Positions 21,243-31,643 of a stretch of 64,000 bases of DNA are shown piece after piece. Origin of the DNA: Candidatus Multivoradales bacterium. GTDB lineage: Bacteria; Acidobacteriota; Thermoanaerobaculia; Multivoradales; JAHEKO01. The stretch covers positions 288,001 through 352,000 of the forward strand of contig CBDCXM010000009.1 in assembly GCA_965223855.1 (NCBI GenBank), in the 5' to 3' direction. Each line of letters begins with the position of its first letter. The first letter of the stretch is position 1. The notes beneath the pieces are model-generated. The model was not told where the DNA came from. It did no database searches and saw only the letters and a list, made by a program, of their open reading frames with translations. Both the position numbers and the translations under genes were made by a program.

Positions 21243-22742
21243 TCACGAGCCCATTGGCGATGCCGATCCCCCGTCCTCGCAGAGTTTCTCCTGCGCTCGG
21301 ATCTCCACGAGATCCTCACGTGCTGCGAGATCCCAAGCCACGTCCCGACCCGCGAAGTAGTCGGAGGCTCTTGGTTGTACACAGAGGTGGATCGGAAGGA
21401 TCTTCGCTCGATCCGCCGGGTGCCCCAACTGCCAGTACAGCGTGGACACGACCAGCTCCAGCCGACCGCTCGGCAGCCTCAGCGAGATCGGATCGCCGTA
21501 GCTGTTCAACGGAGCACCGGGAGGCTCTCCCACGAAGACGGCGTCCGTGTGGTCGATGAGCTCGGCCACCAGCATGACGGCGGCGCTGAAGGTCTGGCGA
21601 CCGGTCAGCACGACGAGACGATTGTCGTTGGCGTACCTCGGCCTGGCCAGCAGCTCATTGACGAAGGCGGTCACCATCCGACCGTCGCCACCGAAGTTGT
21701 AACGCAGGTCGATGACGAACCGCTCCGGCTGCGCCCGATCGACCATGTCCCACATCCGGGCACGAAAGTCGTCCCAACCTATATCCCCGATGTCGGCGAA
21801 GAAGTTGAACTGGAACGTAAGGACTGTCTGAGCCTGATCCAGCCGTGCCCAGAAGGGCTTCCGGCTCGCGTAGAACGGCGCATCCTCTGCCGCCGGCGGG
21901 TCGCGGTAGGCCAGCGGAGGCTTGCCACCGTCAAACGGCGTCCTGTAGTTGTCGAAAGGCTCGAACGGCGGCCCGAAGAGCTCTCCCCAGTTTCTGTAGT
22001 TCGCCGAGTATTCGCTGTGGATCCTCGGCAGGCGACGGGTTTCGGTAGTGCCATCACCATGCTCGAAGGCGAGGGACACAGCGTCGGTCGACGGGTCCGT
22101 GACACCGAGGGCGGAGAGCAGCCCCACGTTTGAGAGGAGCGCAGCGGCGCCCTCTTTCACCTGAAGCGCGTTGTCGCCCGCCGTGGCCAGCGTGACCTTC
22201 GCGAGCACCTCCTCGACTGGTAGTTGCTCCACCCTTACCAGACGTCGACCGATGAGCTCGGCGTGTTGCTCTGCCGCGACCGTCACGTACACCCCGTCGT
22301 CAAACTCGTAGAAGCGCAATGGCAGCCAGACCGCAAAGCCGTCGATGCCGACCGGCTCGAGTCGAGTGTGGCCGTCACGAAGCCCCGCCACGGCCGACAT
22401 CAGGGTCGTAGTGATCTCGACATCCGAGCCACCCGCCAGGACGAGATCACGAGCTTCTTGCAGACCGTCACGCCAACGACCCTCGCCGGTCTGGAAGAAG
22501 GGATCCGGGTGATGCTCACGCAACAATCGATTCAGCGATTGGATATCCGCCATCCAGGCCTCCGCCGCGCTCGGCACGGCCTCGTCCACAGCCTGTGCTT
22601 GGCACGGCGAGGCAAGTGAAGGCGCCAGTACGAAAGGAATGGCGAAACGGAGCACCGGAAGACATCGGCCGCGAAGGATCCCGAGAGCCGTCTTCGCACC
22701 CAGACAAAGCAGTCCGGCGGTAGTCATCGTTGCAGATCGCAT
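21243..22742 (-). CDS. S41-peptidase-like exported protein
   Basis: GGAGGAGG RBS; LRDGHT, VIDLRYNFGG, GRQTFSAA and VGEPPG motifs. Confidence 0.7.
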   Translation of the reverse strand: MRSATMTTAGLLCLGAKTALGILRGRCLPVLRFAIPFVLAPSLASPCQAQAVDEAVPSAAEAWMADIQSLNRLLREHHPDPFFQTGEGRWRDGLQEARDLVLAGGSDVEITTTLMSAVAGLRDGHTRLEPVGIDGFAVWLPLRFYEFDDGVYVTVAAEQHAELIGRRLVRVEQLPVEEVLAKVTLATAGDNALQVKEGAAALLSNVGLLSALGVTDPSTDAVSLAFEHGDGTTETRRLPRIHSEYSANYRNWGELFGPPFEPFDNYRTPFDGGKPPLAYRDPPAAEDAPFYASRKPFWARLDQAQTVLTFQFNFFADIGDIGWDDFRARMWDMVDRAQPERFVIDLRYNFGGDGRMVTAFVNELLARPRYANDNRLVVLTGRQTFSAAVMLVAELIDHTDAVFVGEPPGAPLNSYGDPISLRLPSGRLELVVSTLYWQLGHPADRAKILPIHLCVQPRASDYFAGRDVAWDLAAREDLVEIRAQEKLCEDGGSASPMGS

Positions 22743-23051
22743 GGAACGTTCCTCCTCCTAGGGACATGCCGGCGCCCCCGCCCGCGAAACGGTGGCGCGA
22801 AGACGAACCGGCACTGCTTGAAACAGAAGACAGCAAGGAAGAAGAGTTGCTAGCCCACGGTCAACGGGTTCCCCCGCAAGAGAGGTTCCCGTTGTTTGTT
22901 CATGCTTCGATCCGTTCTGCGATCACACCGATTGCTGCAGTGAGAGCCTAGGGTCCGCCGCTCCGAGGGCGTCCGAACGCTGGCCCTGAACCGTTTCTGA
23001 ATCGCCGATCCCGGGCGGCGCCGGAAGGCACGTCGGTACAGAATGGTCGAT

Positions 23052-25007
23052 ATGAAACCTCGAACCCTGACCGGTTGGTTCCCGTCCAGCCCCGTTCTCG
23101 GGCTTCTCCCTGCCGCTCTCCTGGCAGCACTCCTCTCCACCGCGGCCACCGCCCAGATCCACCGCGTCTCTGACGCAGTGCGCCAGGCCGACCTCCACCG
23201 CGAGGCAGAGATCCTCCGCATGGTCAAGGTCCCCATGCGCGACGGCGTCCACCTCGCCACCGAGATCTACCTGCCGAAGAGCCGCACCGGCCCGGTGCCT
23301 GCGGTCTTCTGGCGCACCCCGTACAACTTCTCGGAGCTCGCCGGCTCGAATCCGGCGCGGCCGAACGCGCGGCTCAAGTACGCGCTCGATTCGATCCGCA
23401 ACGGGTACGCCTTCGTCGTGCAGAACGAGCGCGGCAAGTTCTTCTCGGAGGGCGAGTGGGAGATCCTCGGGCATCCACGCACCGACGGCTACGACGCGCT
23501 CACCTGGATCGCCGACCAGCCGTGGTCGAGCGGCAAGGTGGCGACGCTCGGGTGTTCGTCGACGGCGGAGTGGCAGATGGGGCTCGCCGCCATGGACCAT
23601 CCGGCTCATGCTGCCGCGGTGCCGATGGGGCAAGGCGCGGGCATCGGGCGCATGGGGCCGTACTTCGAGCAGGGCAACTTCTACCGCGGCGGGGCGATTC
23701 AGATGCCGATGGTGGTGTGGCTCTTCGGCGAGCAGGTGTCGCCGCGGCCGACCTTCCCGGCCGACGCCACGCGCGACGAGCTCGAGCGGATCGCGCGCTG
23801 GTTCGATCTCGCGGCGCGGCCGCCGAGCGTCGACTGGGGCGCCCGGCTGCACGACCTGCCGGTCGTCGGGATGATGGAGCGCAACGGCGGCGGCCCCGGG
23901 CTCTTCGCTGCCGCGACGCAGCGGCTGCCGGACGACCCTGCCTGGTACGAGAGGGGTCTCTACCACGACGACGAGGGCTTCTCGGTGCCGGCGCTGTGGG
24001 TCAACTCCTGGTACGACCTCGGGGTCTCACCGAATCTCGAGCTCTTCCGGCACGTGCGCGAGAACGCCGACGAGGACGTGCGCGACCACCAGTACATGAT
24101 CGTCGCCCCGTCTGCGCACTGCGCGATGTACCGGCTGACCGACCCGCTGATCGTCGGTGAGCGCAACATGGGGACGGTCGATTTCGGTTTCGACGACATC
24201 GTCTTCGACTTCCTCGACCGCTTCCTCAAGGAGCCGAGCGACGAGGAGGCCGGGCGCTACGACAGCGAGACCCCCCGGGTGCGCTACTTCGCCATGGGGG
24301 ACGCTCCCGAGAAGGGGTGGAAGACGGCGCCCGACTGGCCGCCGGCGACCCGGGCGAAGACCCTCTACCTCGGCAGCGGCGACGGCGCCAACAGCCTCTT
24401 CGGTGACGGGGTGTTGATCGCCGACCCGGCGGGGGACGGTTCGGACGTCGACCGCTTCACCTACGACCCGATGGTTCCGGTGCCGACCCGCGGTGGCAAC
24501 TTCTGCTGCCTCGGGGGCGAGCCGGAGGGCTCGTTCGATCAGCGGCCGGTCGAAGCGCGGCAGGACGTCCTCGTCTACACCTCGGAGCCGTTCACGGAGG
24601 CGACCGAGGTCTCCGGCTTCGTCGAAGTCGTGCTCTACGTCAGCTCCCATGCGCGAGACACCGACTTCACCGTCAAGCTGATCGACGTCGACCGGGAGGG
24701 CCGTGCCTTCAATCTCGACGACGCGATCCTGAGAGCGCGCTATCGGGAAGGGTTCGACCGCGAAGTCTGGATGGAGGACGGCGAGGTCTACGAGATCCGA
24801 CTCGGCCCGCTCTCGACCTCGAACATCTTCGACGAGGGACACCGCGTGCGGGTCGAGGTCTCGAGCAGCAACTTCCCGCGCTACGACCGCAACCTCAACA
24901 CCGGCGGCAACAACTGGGACGAGACCGAGGGGGTGACGGCGCACAACGCGGTGCACCACTCGACGCAGTACCCGTCGCGCATCGTGCTGCCAATCGTCGG
25001 CGACTGA
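23052..25007 (+). CDS. CocE/NonD family hydrolase
   Basis: VPMRDGVHLATEIYLP, RTPY, QNERG..SEG, GCSS nucleophile elbow, C-terminal VSSSNFPRYDRN. Confidence 0.92.
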   Translation: MKPRTLTGWFPSSPVLGLLPAALLAALLSTAATAQIHRVSDAVRQADLHREAEILRMVKVPMRDGVHLATEIYLPKSRTGPVPAVFWRTPYNFSELAGSNPARPNARLKYALDSIRNGYAFVVQNERGKFFSEGEWEILGHPRTDGYDALTWIADQPWSSGKVATLGCSSTAEWQMGLAAMDHPAHAAAVPMGQGAGIGRMGPYFEQGNFYRGGAIQMPMVVWLFGEQVSPRPTFPADATRDELERIARWFDLAARPPSVDWGARLHDLPVVGMMERNGGGPGLFAAATQRLPDDPAWYERGLYHDDEGFSVPALWVNSWYDLGVSPNLELFRHVRENADEDVRDHQYMIVAPSAHCAMYRLTDPLIVGERNMGTVDFGFDDIVFDFLDRFLKEPSDEEAGRYDSETPRVRYFAMGDAPEKGWKTAPDWPPATRAKTLYLGSGDGANSLFGDGVLIADPAGDGSDVDRFTYDPMVPVPTRGGNFCCLGGEPEGSFDQRPVEARQDVLVYTSEPFTEATEVSGFVEVVLYVSSHARDTDFTVKLIDVDREGRAFNLDDAILRARYREGFDREVWMEDGEVYEIRLGPLSTSNIFDEGHRVRVEVSSSNFPRYDRNLNTGGNNWDETEGVTAHNAVHHSTQYPSRIVLPIVGD

Positions 25008-25085
25008 CGGCGGGAGCCTGCCGGTGAGCGGCATGGCGCGCCGGTCGGCTTGAACCGTTTGCGGGCCGGACACGAAGTAGGGCAC

Positions 25086-26087
25086 ATGACCCGGCTTCGC
25101 TCTCTCGCGCTCCTCGCCCTCCTTTCGCAGACATCCTCTCTGTCGGTGGAGGCCGCCGACCGGCAGGTTCCACCGACCCTCGAGGTCGCCAGAGAGGTCG
25201 CGATCGCACCGGGCACCTCGGAGAAGATCGTCGTCGCCGAGAAGGCCGGGCCGTTCCGCCGCAGCCTGCGGCTGCACGTTCCGAAGGGCTTCGACCCGAG
25301 TCGGACCTACCCGCTCGTCGTCGCGCTCCACGGAGGGGTGGCGACCGCGAGGATCTTCGAGACACAGAGCGCGCTCAGCGAAGCGGCCGATCGACACGGC
25401 TTCTTCGTCGCCTATCCGAACGGCATGGGCATCTTCTCGGCGCTACGGCACTGGAACGGCGGGTACTGCTGTGCGCGGGCAAGAAGAATCGGGCTCGACG
25501 ACCCGGGGTTCCTCGACCGGGTGCGCGACTGGGTGTCGCAGGCCTACCCGATCGATCCCGATCGGCACTACGTGATCGGCTACTCCAACGGCGGCATGCT
25601 CGCGTACTGGTACGCCGCCACGCGCGCCGACGAGCTTGCCGGGCTCGGTATCTGGGCTTCCTCGATCAGCCTCGGCGGCCTGGAGGGCCGATGGACGATG
25701 CCGTCGCCCGAGACGGCCGTGCCCGCGGTGATCGCTCATGGGCTCGAGGACCCGAGGCTGCCCTTCGACTCCGGGTACGAAGCGGGCGGCACGAAGCGCG
25801 AGAACTCACCCCTGCTCGGTGCCGTCGGCTCGGCCCGCTGGTGGGCCGAGGCCAACGGCTGCCAAGAGGAGCCGACCACCCCTACCGCGACCGACGACGC
25901 CTATGAGACGACCGCCTGGTGCGCCGAGTCGACGGAGCGTCGGGTCACCCTCCTCGCCTACCCGGAAGGGACGCACGACTGGCCCGGCCCGAATCGAGCC
26001 CGCAAGCTCGACCCGGGCCATCCACTCAAGAATGCCGACCTCGCCGAGACGATGTGGCGGCTGCTCGACGGCGACCGTTCGCCCTGA
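25086..26087 (+). CDS. PHB-depolymerase/LpqC-type esterase, exported
   Basis: Signal peptide; PLVVALHGG, AYPNG, WNGGYCC, GYSNGG and HDWPG motifs. Confidence 0.85.
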   Translation: MTRLRSLALLALLSQTSSLSVEAADRQVPPTLEVAREVAIAPGTSEKIVVAEKAGPFRRSLRLHVPKGFDPSRTYPLVVALHGGVATARIFETQSALSEAADRHGFFVAYPNGMGIFSALRHWNGGYCCARARRIGLDDPGFLDRVRDWVSQAYPIDPDRHYVIGYSNGGMLAYWYAATRADELAGLGIWASSISLGGLEGRWTMPSPETAVPAVIAHGLEDPRLPFDSGYEAGGTKRENSPLLGAVGSARWWAEANGCQEEPTTPTATDDAYETTAWCAESTERRVTLLAYPEGTHDWPGPNRARKLDPGHPLKNADLAETMWRLLDGDRSP

Positions 26088-26136
26088 TCCTCTCGCCGCC
26101 CTCCCGAGGGCCGGGCGGCCGCTAGAGTGGGTCGCC

Positions 26137-26952
26137 ATGCGGATCGAGATCGAACTCGAAGGCGCCCGCCACACGATCCACTGCCGCCAGTTCGGACAGA
26201 AGGGTCGCGACCAGCCGACGCTGTTCCATCTCCACGGTGGCTGGGGCTACTCGATCTACCCGTTCGATGTTCAGATCGAGGCTCTGGAAGCGAGTTGCCG
26301 GATCCTCATCCCCGACCGGATCGGCTACGGCCGATCAGGACGGCGCGAGGCGCCTTTGTCGCTCGACTTTCACCGGCAGGCCGCGCACGAGACGCTCGCC
26401 GTGATGGACGCTCTCGGCCTCGAGCGGGCGTGGTTGTGGGGCCATAGCGATGGAGCGTGCATTGCCGCCTGGATCGGCCTGTTGGCTCCCGAGCGATGTC
26501 GGGCGCTCGTTCTCGAGGCGCTGCACTACGAGCGGGCCAAGCCGCGTTCGGTCGACTTCTTCCGCGCCATGGAGGTCGCCCCCTGGTCTCTCGGGGCGAG
26601 GGTGGCCGAGGTGATGGCGGCAGAGCACGGCGACGACTCCTGGCAGGAGCTGATGCGACTCGGCGGGGAGGTGTGGCGGCGCATCCGCGAAACGCCGCAT
26701 TCGCACGAAGACCTCTTCGACGGCAGGCTTGGAGAGCTTCGGACGCCGACCCTCGTGCTTCACGGCGCCCGAGATCCTCGCACCGAGCCGGGCGAACTCG
26801 AAGCGGCGAAGGCCTGTCTACCGGGTGCCGAGCTGAAGGTGCTCGAGGAGGGGCGGCACTGCCCCCACGCCGAAGCCGAGGTACAGGGCGAAGCGACCGC
26901 GGCAGCGGTCGACTTTCTGACTCGGCATGGGCTTTCGGCGGGGGGAGCCTAG
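26137..26952 (+). CDS. alpha/beta fold hydrolase
   Basis: LHGGWG, DRIGYGRS, GHSDG nucleophile, HGARD and HCPH motifs. Confidence 0.87.
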   Translation: MRIEIELEGARHTIHCRQFGQKGRDQPTLFHLHGGWGYSIYPFDVQIEALEASCRILIPDRIGYGRSGRREAPLSLDFHRQAAHETLAVMDALGLERAWLWGHSDGACIAAWIGLLAPERCRALVLEALHYERAKPRSVDFFRAMEVAPWSLGARVAEVMAAEHGDDSWQELMRLGGEVWRRIRETPHSHEDLFDGRLGELRTPTLVLHGARDPRTEPGELEAAKACLPGAELKVLEEGRHCPHAEAEVQGEATAAAVDFLTRHGLSAGGA

Positions 26953-27845
26953 CGGTCGGCAACCGGGTCGGCGGAAGGCTCCTTCAGCTGCACGTCGAGG
27001 TACTCCAACACCCGCTCCCGAGTCTCCTCGACCTCTGCGTTGCCCGGATAGTGCCCTGTCAGCACCGAGTGGTCGTCGCCGGCCAGCTGGTGGACCTCGA
27101 TCTGCCCCTCGAAGGTCGAAGCGAAGGCCGCCATCCGCTCCCTGGGGCTGATGGTGTCGCCCTCGAAATGAAGCGCCAGAAACGGCAGTCCGGCATCGCG
27201 TACGGCGTCGATCACTTCACCCGACACCCCGAGACTGGCGCGCCGCTTCGCCTTGCCGGGGCCGACCGGCAACGGCAGGCTGGGCTGACTGAGGACCGCC
27301 GCTCGCAACGGCACCCGGGGCAGCAACTCGAGCGGCACGGCGCCGGTGAGGCACATGCCGATCACACCGAGACCCTCGGCGCCCGTATCGACGAGAGCAC
27401 GGTGGGAGAGATCCGCCAGCCAGTCGACGATCGGAGAGCCGCCCTCGATGGCGAACGGGCTCCAGCGCCCCGAGAAGAGAACTCTCAGACTGTTGCCCAG
27501 CGAACCGCGGCGAGCCGGCTTGCCGAAGAGCAGCGGCAGGTAAACCTTGAAACCCCTGTCCACGAGGTCCTCCGCCAGGCAGACGGACTCCGGAGTCATC
27601 CCGGGGAGCTCGTGGAGCAGCAGCACCGGCGGGCCATCGTTGTCGGAGACGAAGACGGGTTTCGTCAGACCGAGCGCCTGATGCTCGACTCTCGAGAATC
27701 GGGATCTCAGAACATCGTCGGCGGCGCTCTCGCCACAAGCCGGAGCCGGCTCGTGCTGTGAGCCCGAGATGGCCACCACGACAAGGGCGGCGAGCATGGC
27801 GGCCGTCACCGCGAGTGTCGCCGCACGCTTCGATCGCTGTCTCAT
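26949..27845 (-). CDS. dienelactone hydrolase family protein
   Basis: LLHELPG, GVIGMCLTG (Cys nucleophile), D...HSVLT triad; N-terminal membrane anchor. Confidence 0.82.
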   Translation of the reverse strand: MRQRSKRAATLAVTAAMLAALVVVAISGSQHEPAPACGESAADDVLRSRFSRVEHQALGLTKPVFVSDNDGPPVLLLHELPGMTPESVCLAEDLVDRGFKVYLPLLFGKPARRGSLGNSLRVLFSGRWSPFAIEGGSPIVDWLADLSHRALVDTGAEGLGVIGMCLTGAVPLELLPRVPLRAAVLSQPSLPLPVGPGKAKRRASLGVSGEVIDAVRDAGLPFLALHFEGDTISPRERMAAFASTFEGQIEVHQLAGDDHSVLTGHYPGNAEVEETRERVLEYLDVQLKEPSADPVADR

Positions 27846-28038
27846 CCCTCGAATCCTCGGTCTGGCCGGTGCCCGGAGCCCTCCGCAGAGGCTGGCCGGC
27901 GGCACGTCGCAGGCTCCCCCACACTGTATCCGTCTCACAGACAACAAGCCCCAAATACAGATAGTGCGGAATCCCTCTGGTACCCTCGGTGAGTTCTCCC
28001 ACAGTTCAATGGCACCACTCCGAGACTGGAGGCCTTCG

Positions 28039-29907
28039 ATGTCGAAGTTCCGTGGCACGCCTCACCCTGCCCTGCGCCTCGTCGCAGCCGCGCTGTTCGT
28101 GGCCTTCGCCCTCACGGCCGGAGGCCCGTCAGCCGACACCACCGCTCCCTTTGCGGTCGATCTCACCAGCCCGGCGCCTCCCGACACCACCGGCCTGCCG
28201 ATGACGATTACGGCGAACAACCAGTACGCCTGGGACGCCTTCGCCTGGCAGTCGTTCGTCGCCATGAACTGGCCGGCGATCACGCCGACCGAGGACAACG
28301 GATGGCTACGGGGATGGCCGAGCCGGGCGGCCGGTGAGACGTTCGACAACGCGGGTGCTGCCGAGATGCTGGTGTGGGAGACCTTCAAGGAGAAGCGCGA
28401 AGTCTTCTACTACGGCGTCGACACGATGAGCGAGGCGGACCCGTCGCCGTGGAGCGCCGACTTCAACTACGGCTCGCAGCCCTCGGCGGACGATGGCGGC
28501 GATCATCCCAAGCGACTGACCGCCAACGCCAAGCAGACCCCTCCGGCCGATACGGTCGACACGCTCGACGAGACGGTCGAGGTCAAGGGCGAGGCGCTCG
28601 AGAGCTACTACGCGGACATCAAGTTCCGGAACCACACGCCGACGGTGGCGCGGGTCTTCCGCGGCACCCAGCCGGACCTCGGCGGCTACGGCGGCGGCAA
28701 CCCGAGCCCCGGCAACGCGGTGCGCTACGAGGTCAAGGTCAACTACGACTTCTTCGACTACGTCGTCGACAACGGTCTCTACTTCGACGCCACCCGCAGC
28801 GCCAAACTGCCGGCGCAACTGCCGTGGCGCACCAGCGCTTCCGGAACCTCGACCAGCCACCACGAATTCGGCTACGACATGAACACCTGGGCGACCGAGA
28901 AATACGTCGCCTCACCGCCCAAGGGGGCCAACCCGCCGCTCATCGGCTCGGTCCACATCAAGGCGGCGTGGGCGCCGATCGAGGAGAGCGAGAGCCAGTA
29001 CTTCGTTGCCCGGGAAGCGGAGTACTTCGTCAGCACCGACCCGAGCGATCCCTCCACAAAGACCTACGAAACGGGGCTCTACGGTCTGGTCGGGCTCCAC
29101 ATCATCCAGCGTATCAAGGTCGATCCCGACAAGCCGCTGGGGGGAGCCTTCATCTTCTCGACCTGGGAACACCGGGGCATCGACGACCCCACCGACCCGA
29201 CGCAACCGAGCTACCCGGGACCGACGACCCAGTACTCCTACACCAACTACTTCCTCAACCCGGTCACCTACCAGTTCAGCGAGCCGATCCCGAACGTCTT
29301 CGGCACGGGCGCCGAGGCGCCGTTCTACGTCAACCGCCTCTACCCGATCCTGCCGCACACGGTGAGGGCCAACGAGATGTTCTGGAGCCAGCTCTCGCCC
29401 GACTCGATCTGGCACAACTACCGGCTCGTCGGCACCCAGTTCATGCCCCACAACATCACCACCGACGGCCCGATCATGGGCAACGGCCAGGCGGGCAAGA
29501 ACCCGCCGCAGCCCAACACGACCACCAACCCCAACACCGGCGGCGAGCCGGGGGTCGGCGACCAGCCCTACTACCTGTCGAACCTGGTGATCGAGACCAA
29601 CCTCGGTCTGCAGCAGTTCCAGGGGCAGCCGCCGAGCTTCTTCCCGGCGGTCAACTTCAAGACCAAGGTCGACCCGAACACCTCGGTGTCGGATTTCGTC
29701 CGCACGGGGACGTCGTCGAAGTTCGGCAACATCTCCTACGGCGGCACCACCTACAGCACCGGGGGGTGCATGGGGTGCCACGGCGTGGCTCAGCTGCAGG
29801 GCTTTTCGTTCAGCTTCGTGCTGCTCGCCGGTCAGGCGGGCGCGGACCCGGATTCCGAGCTGGATTTCCTGGCGCCGTTGACGGCACCTACGACCAGCTC
29901 GAACTGA
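28039..29907 (+). CDS. large exported protein with a single C-terminal c-type heme motif (CMGCH)
   Basis: GGAGG RBS; signal peptide; AWQSFVAMNWP, VWETFK, IKAAW, LVGLHI and NYRLVGTQ blocks; CxxCH near the C-terminus. Confidence 0.75.
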   Translation: MSKFRGTPHPALRLVAAALFVAFALTAGGPSADTTAPFAVDLTSPAPPDTTGLPMTITANNQYAWDAFAWQSFVAMNWPAITPTEDNGWLRGWPSRAAGETFDNAGAAEMLVWETFKEKREVFYYGVDTMSEADPSPWSADFNYGSQPSADDGGDHPKRLTANAKQTPPADTVDTLDETVEVKGEALESYYADIKFRNHTPTVARVFRGTQPDLGGYGGGNPSPGNAVRYEVKVNYDFFDYVVDNGLYFDATRSAKLPAQLPWRTSASGTSTSHHEFGYDMNTWATEKYVASPPKGANPPLIGSVHIKAAWAPIEESESQYFVAREAEYFVSTDPSDPSTKTYETGLYGLVGLHIIQRIKVDPDKPLGGAFIFSTWEHRGIDDPTDPTQPSYPGPTTQYSYTNYFLNPVTYQFSEPIPNVFGTGAEAPFYVNRLYPILPHTVRANEMFWSQLSPDSIWHNYRLVGTQFMPHNITTDGPIMGNGQAGKNPPQPNTTTNPNTGGEPGVGDQPYYLSNLVIETNLGLQQFQGQPPSFFPAVNFKTKVDPNTSVSDFVRTGTSSKFGNISYGGTTYSTGGCMGCHGVAQLQGFSFSFVLLAGQAGADPDSELDFLAPLTAPTTSSN

Positions 29908-30023
29908 CGCGAGTCAGCCGGATAGCCCCGGGTGCAAGATCCCGAAGGGCGATTCCGTCCTGGATCGTGGAGGGCGGCCGTGGCGCCGCCCGGGTCCAAC
30001 GAACCAGGAACGGGAGAGCAGCC

Positions 30024-30308
30024 ATGTCCTCAGGCTTGTACACAGTGATCGTCGATTTCGACGGGCAGACCCACGGGATGCAGGTCTTCGCCGGCACCCT
30101 CGAGAGCATCCTCGACACCTGGCTCGGGTGGGGTGCGCGCGGCGGAGTGCCCGAGCACTTCTCCGCCGTCCTGAACGCGGTGCACGAATCAGGGCAGATA
30201 CCCGAAGAGGTGGAGTCGCTGCAGCACGTCTGGTCGATGACGGAGACCGTCGGCGAGCAGCAGGCATTCGTTCACGTCGTCCGAACGGTCGAGGACGATC
30301 CGTTCTGA
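30024..30308 (+). CDS. hypothetical protein (94 aa)
   Basis: GGAG RBS then ATG; MSSGLYTVIVDFDGQTHG... with protein-like composition. Confidence 0.6.
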   Translation: MSSGLYTVIVDFDGQTHGMQVFAGTLESILDTWLGWGARGGVPEHFSAVLNAVHESGQIPEEVESLQHVWSMTETVGEQQAFVHVVRTVEDDPF

Positions 30309-30368
30309 CCGCTCGCCTTCCCCAAAGCATGGCTCGAGTCCCCAGCGACCCACAGCACATGTACCCGT

Positions 30369-31613
30369 CTACGACGCCTCGTCGGCAGAGTTGAGATCCC
30401 ACAGCGCGCTCATCGGAAGAGCGTGAAGGCGCGACCCGAAGGGCAGACGCTCTTCTCCCCCGTAGAGCACGATGCCGTGATGGAATCTCCCGCCGGCGGT
30501 CTGGCGAAGCGCCTCGAGGCCGCGGAAGTCGCCCTCGGTCACGGTACGGCCGCTCTTGACTTCGATGCCCACGATCCGCCGATCCTCGCTCTCGAGGACC
30601 AGATCGACTTCCCGCCCTGAAGACGTTCGGAAATGGTAGAGGCCATAGCGCTCGTTCGCCCAACCGCTCTGCTTGAGAAGCTCGGCCAGAACGAAGTTCT
30701 CCTGCAGAACTCCCAGCGATCTGCGATCGTCCCTGAGCGTAGCCCGGGTCCAGCCGGCCAACCGGCACAGGAGCCCGGTGTCGACGAAATGGAGTTTCGG
30801 AGACTTGACGAGGCGCTTCGACGGCTTCTTCGCCCACGCAGGAACGAGGTGAACGAGGTAGGTGTGCTCGAAGAGCGCGATGTAACGTTTGAGGGTGGTC
30901 TGGGCGATCCCGGCATCACGCGAGATGGCCGCGTAGTTGACCAGCGACGCGGCGCGATGGCTCAGCAGCTCGAGGAGCAAGGGCAGGGTGCTGAGGCCCT
31001 CTACGTTGGCGAGTTCGCGAATGTCGCGAGCCAACAGGGTCTGCAGGTACGCGTCGAACCACGCCGCCCGCCGGGGCGATGATCGTCCTTCTGCCTCAGG
31101 GTAGCCCCCCTTCAGGGCTGAGCCCACGACATCGTAGTCACCCTTCGCCTGAAACGGAGGCAGGCGCCTCTGGAAGAGTCCGTCGAGGAAGCCCTCCCGA
31201 ACACCGCGAAGTTCACCCTGAGAGAAGGGCCGGAGGGTCAGCACCTCCATCCGGCCCACCAGCGACTCGGAGACCTTCGGCAAAGCCAGTACGTTGGCGG
31301 AACCGGTGAGGAGGAACCTTCCCGGGGACCGGTTCATGTCCACTGCCTGCTTGATCGCCGGGAAGAGGGCCGGAGCACGCTGGACCTCGTCGAGAACGAC
31401 GGGCCCCTGGCGCTCCGAGATGAACCCCCATGGATCTGCGGTCGCTGCAGCCAGCACGCTGGCGTCGTCCATGGTCAGGTAGCCGGCCTGCCGCTCGTCG
31501 CCGACGGACTTCGCCAGAGTCGTCTTGCCGACCTGGCGGGCGCCCACAAGGAGCACAACCGGCGTGTCGCGGAGGGCCTCGGCCAACCTTCTTCTGAGAT
31601 GGCGGCGAATCAC
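30369..31613 (-). CDS. AAA+ ATPase (AAA_14) with DUF4143 C-terminal domain
   Basis: GARQVGKTT Walker A, VVLDEVQ Walker B, LLTGSA, ESLVGR, GGYPE, KSPKLHFVDTGL, EVDLV...GIEVKS. Confidence 0.92.
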   Translation of the reverse strand: MIRRHLRRRLAEALRDTPVVLLVGARQVGKTTLAKSVGDERQAGYLTMDDASVLAAATADPWGFISERQGPVVLDEVQRAPALFPAIKQAVDMNRSPGRFLLTGSANVLALPKVSESLVGRMEVLTLRPFSQGELRGVREGFLDGLFQRRLPPFQAKGDYDVVGSALKGGYPEAEGRSSPRRAAWFDAYLQTLLARDIRELANVEGLSTLPLLLELLSHRAASLVNYAAISRDAGIAQTTLKRYIALFEHTYLVHLVPAWAKKPSKRLVKSPKLHFVDTGLLCRLAGWTRATLRDDRRSLGVLQENFVLAELLKQSGWANERYGLYHFRTSSGREVDLVLESEDRRIVGIEVKSGRTVTEGDFRGLEALRQTAGGRFHHGIVLYGGEERLPFGSRLHALPMSALWDLNSADEAS

Positions 31614-31643
31614 CGCCGAAAGGGTACGCCCCATCACAGAGAA

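Noticed and set aside
20518-21382. Short ORFs spanning the repeat arrays (also 5302-6459)
   Set aside because: Translations simply reflect the nucleotide repeats and overlap tRNA genes; no protein-like signal
22730-22951. 73-aa ORF between the S41-like and CocE genes
   Set aside because: No recognisable motif, and it overlaps the start and RBS of the divergent gene; more likely promoter DNA
20663-23050. Prophage or ICE integrated at tRNA-Ser
   Set aside because: No integrase or phage genes; the att-like copies are only 172 bp apart and no distant attR copy was noticed
27924-27940. LexA/SOS box-like CTGT...ACAG upstream of the heme protein
   Set aside because: Spacing is one base too long for CTG-N10-CAG and the gene context is not SOS-like
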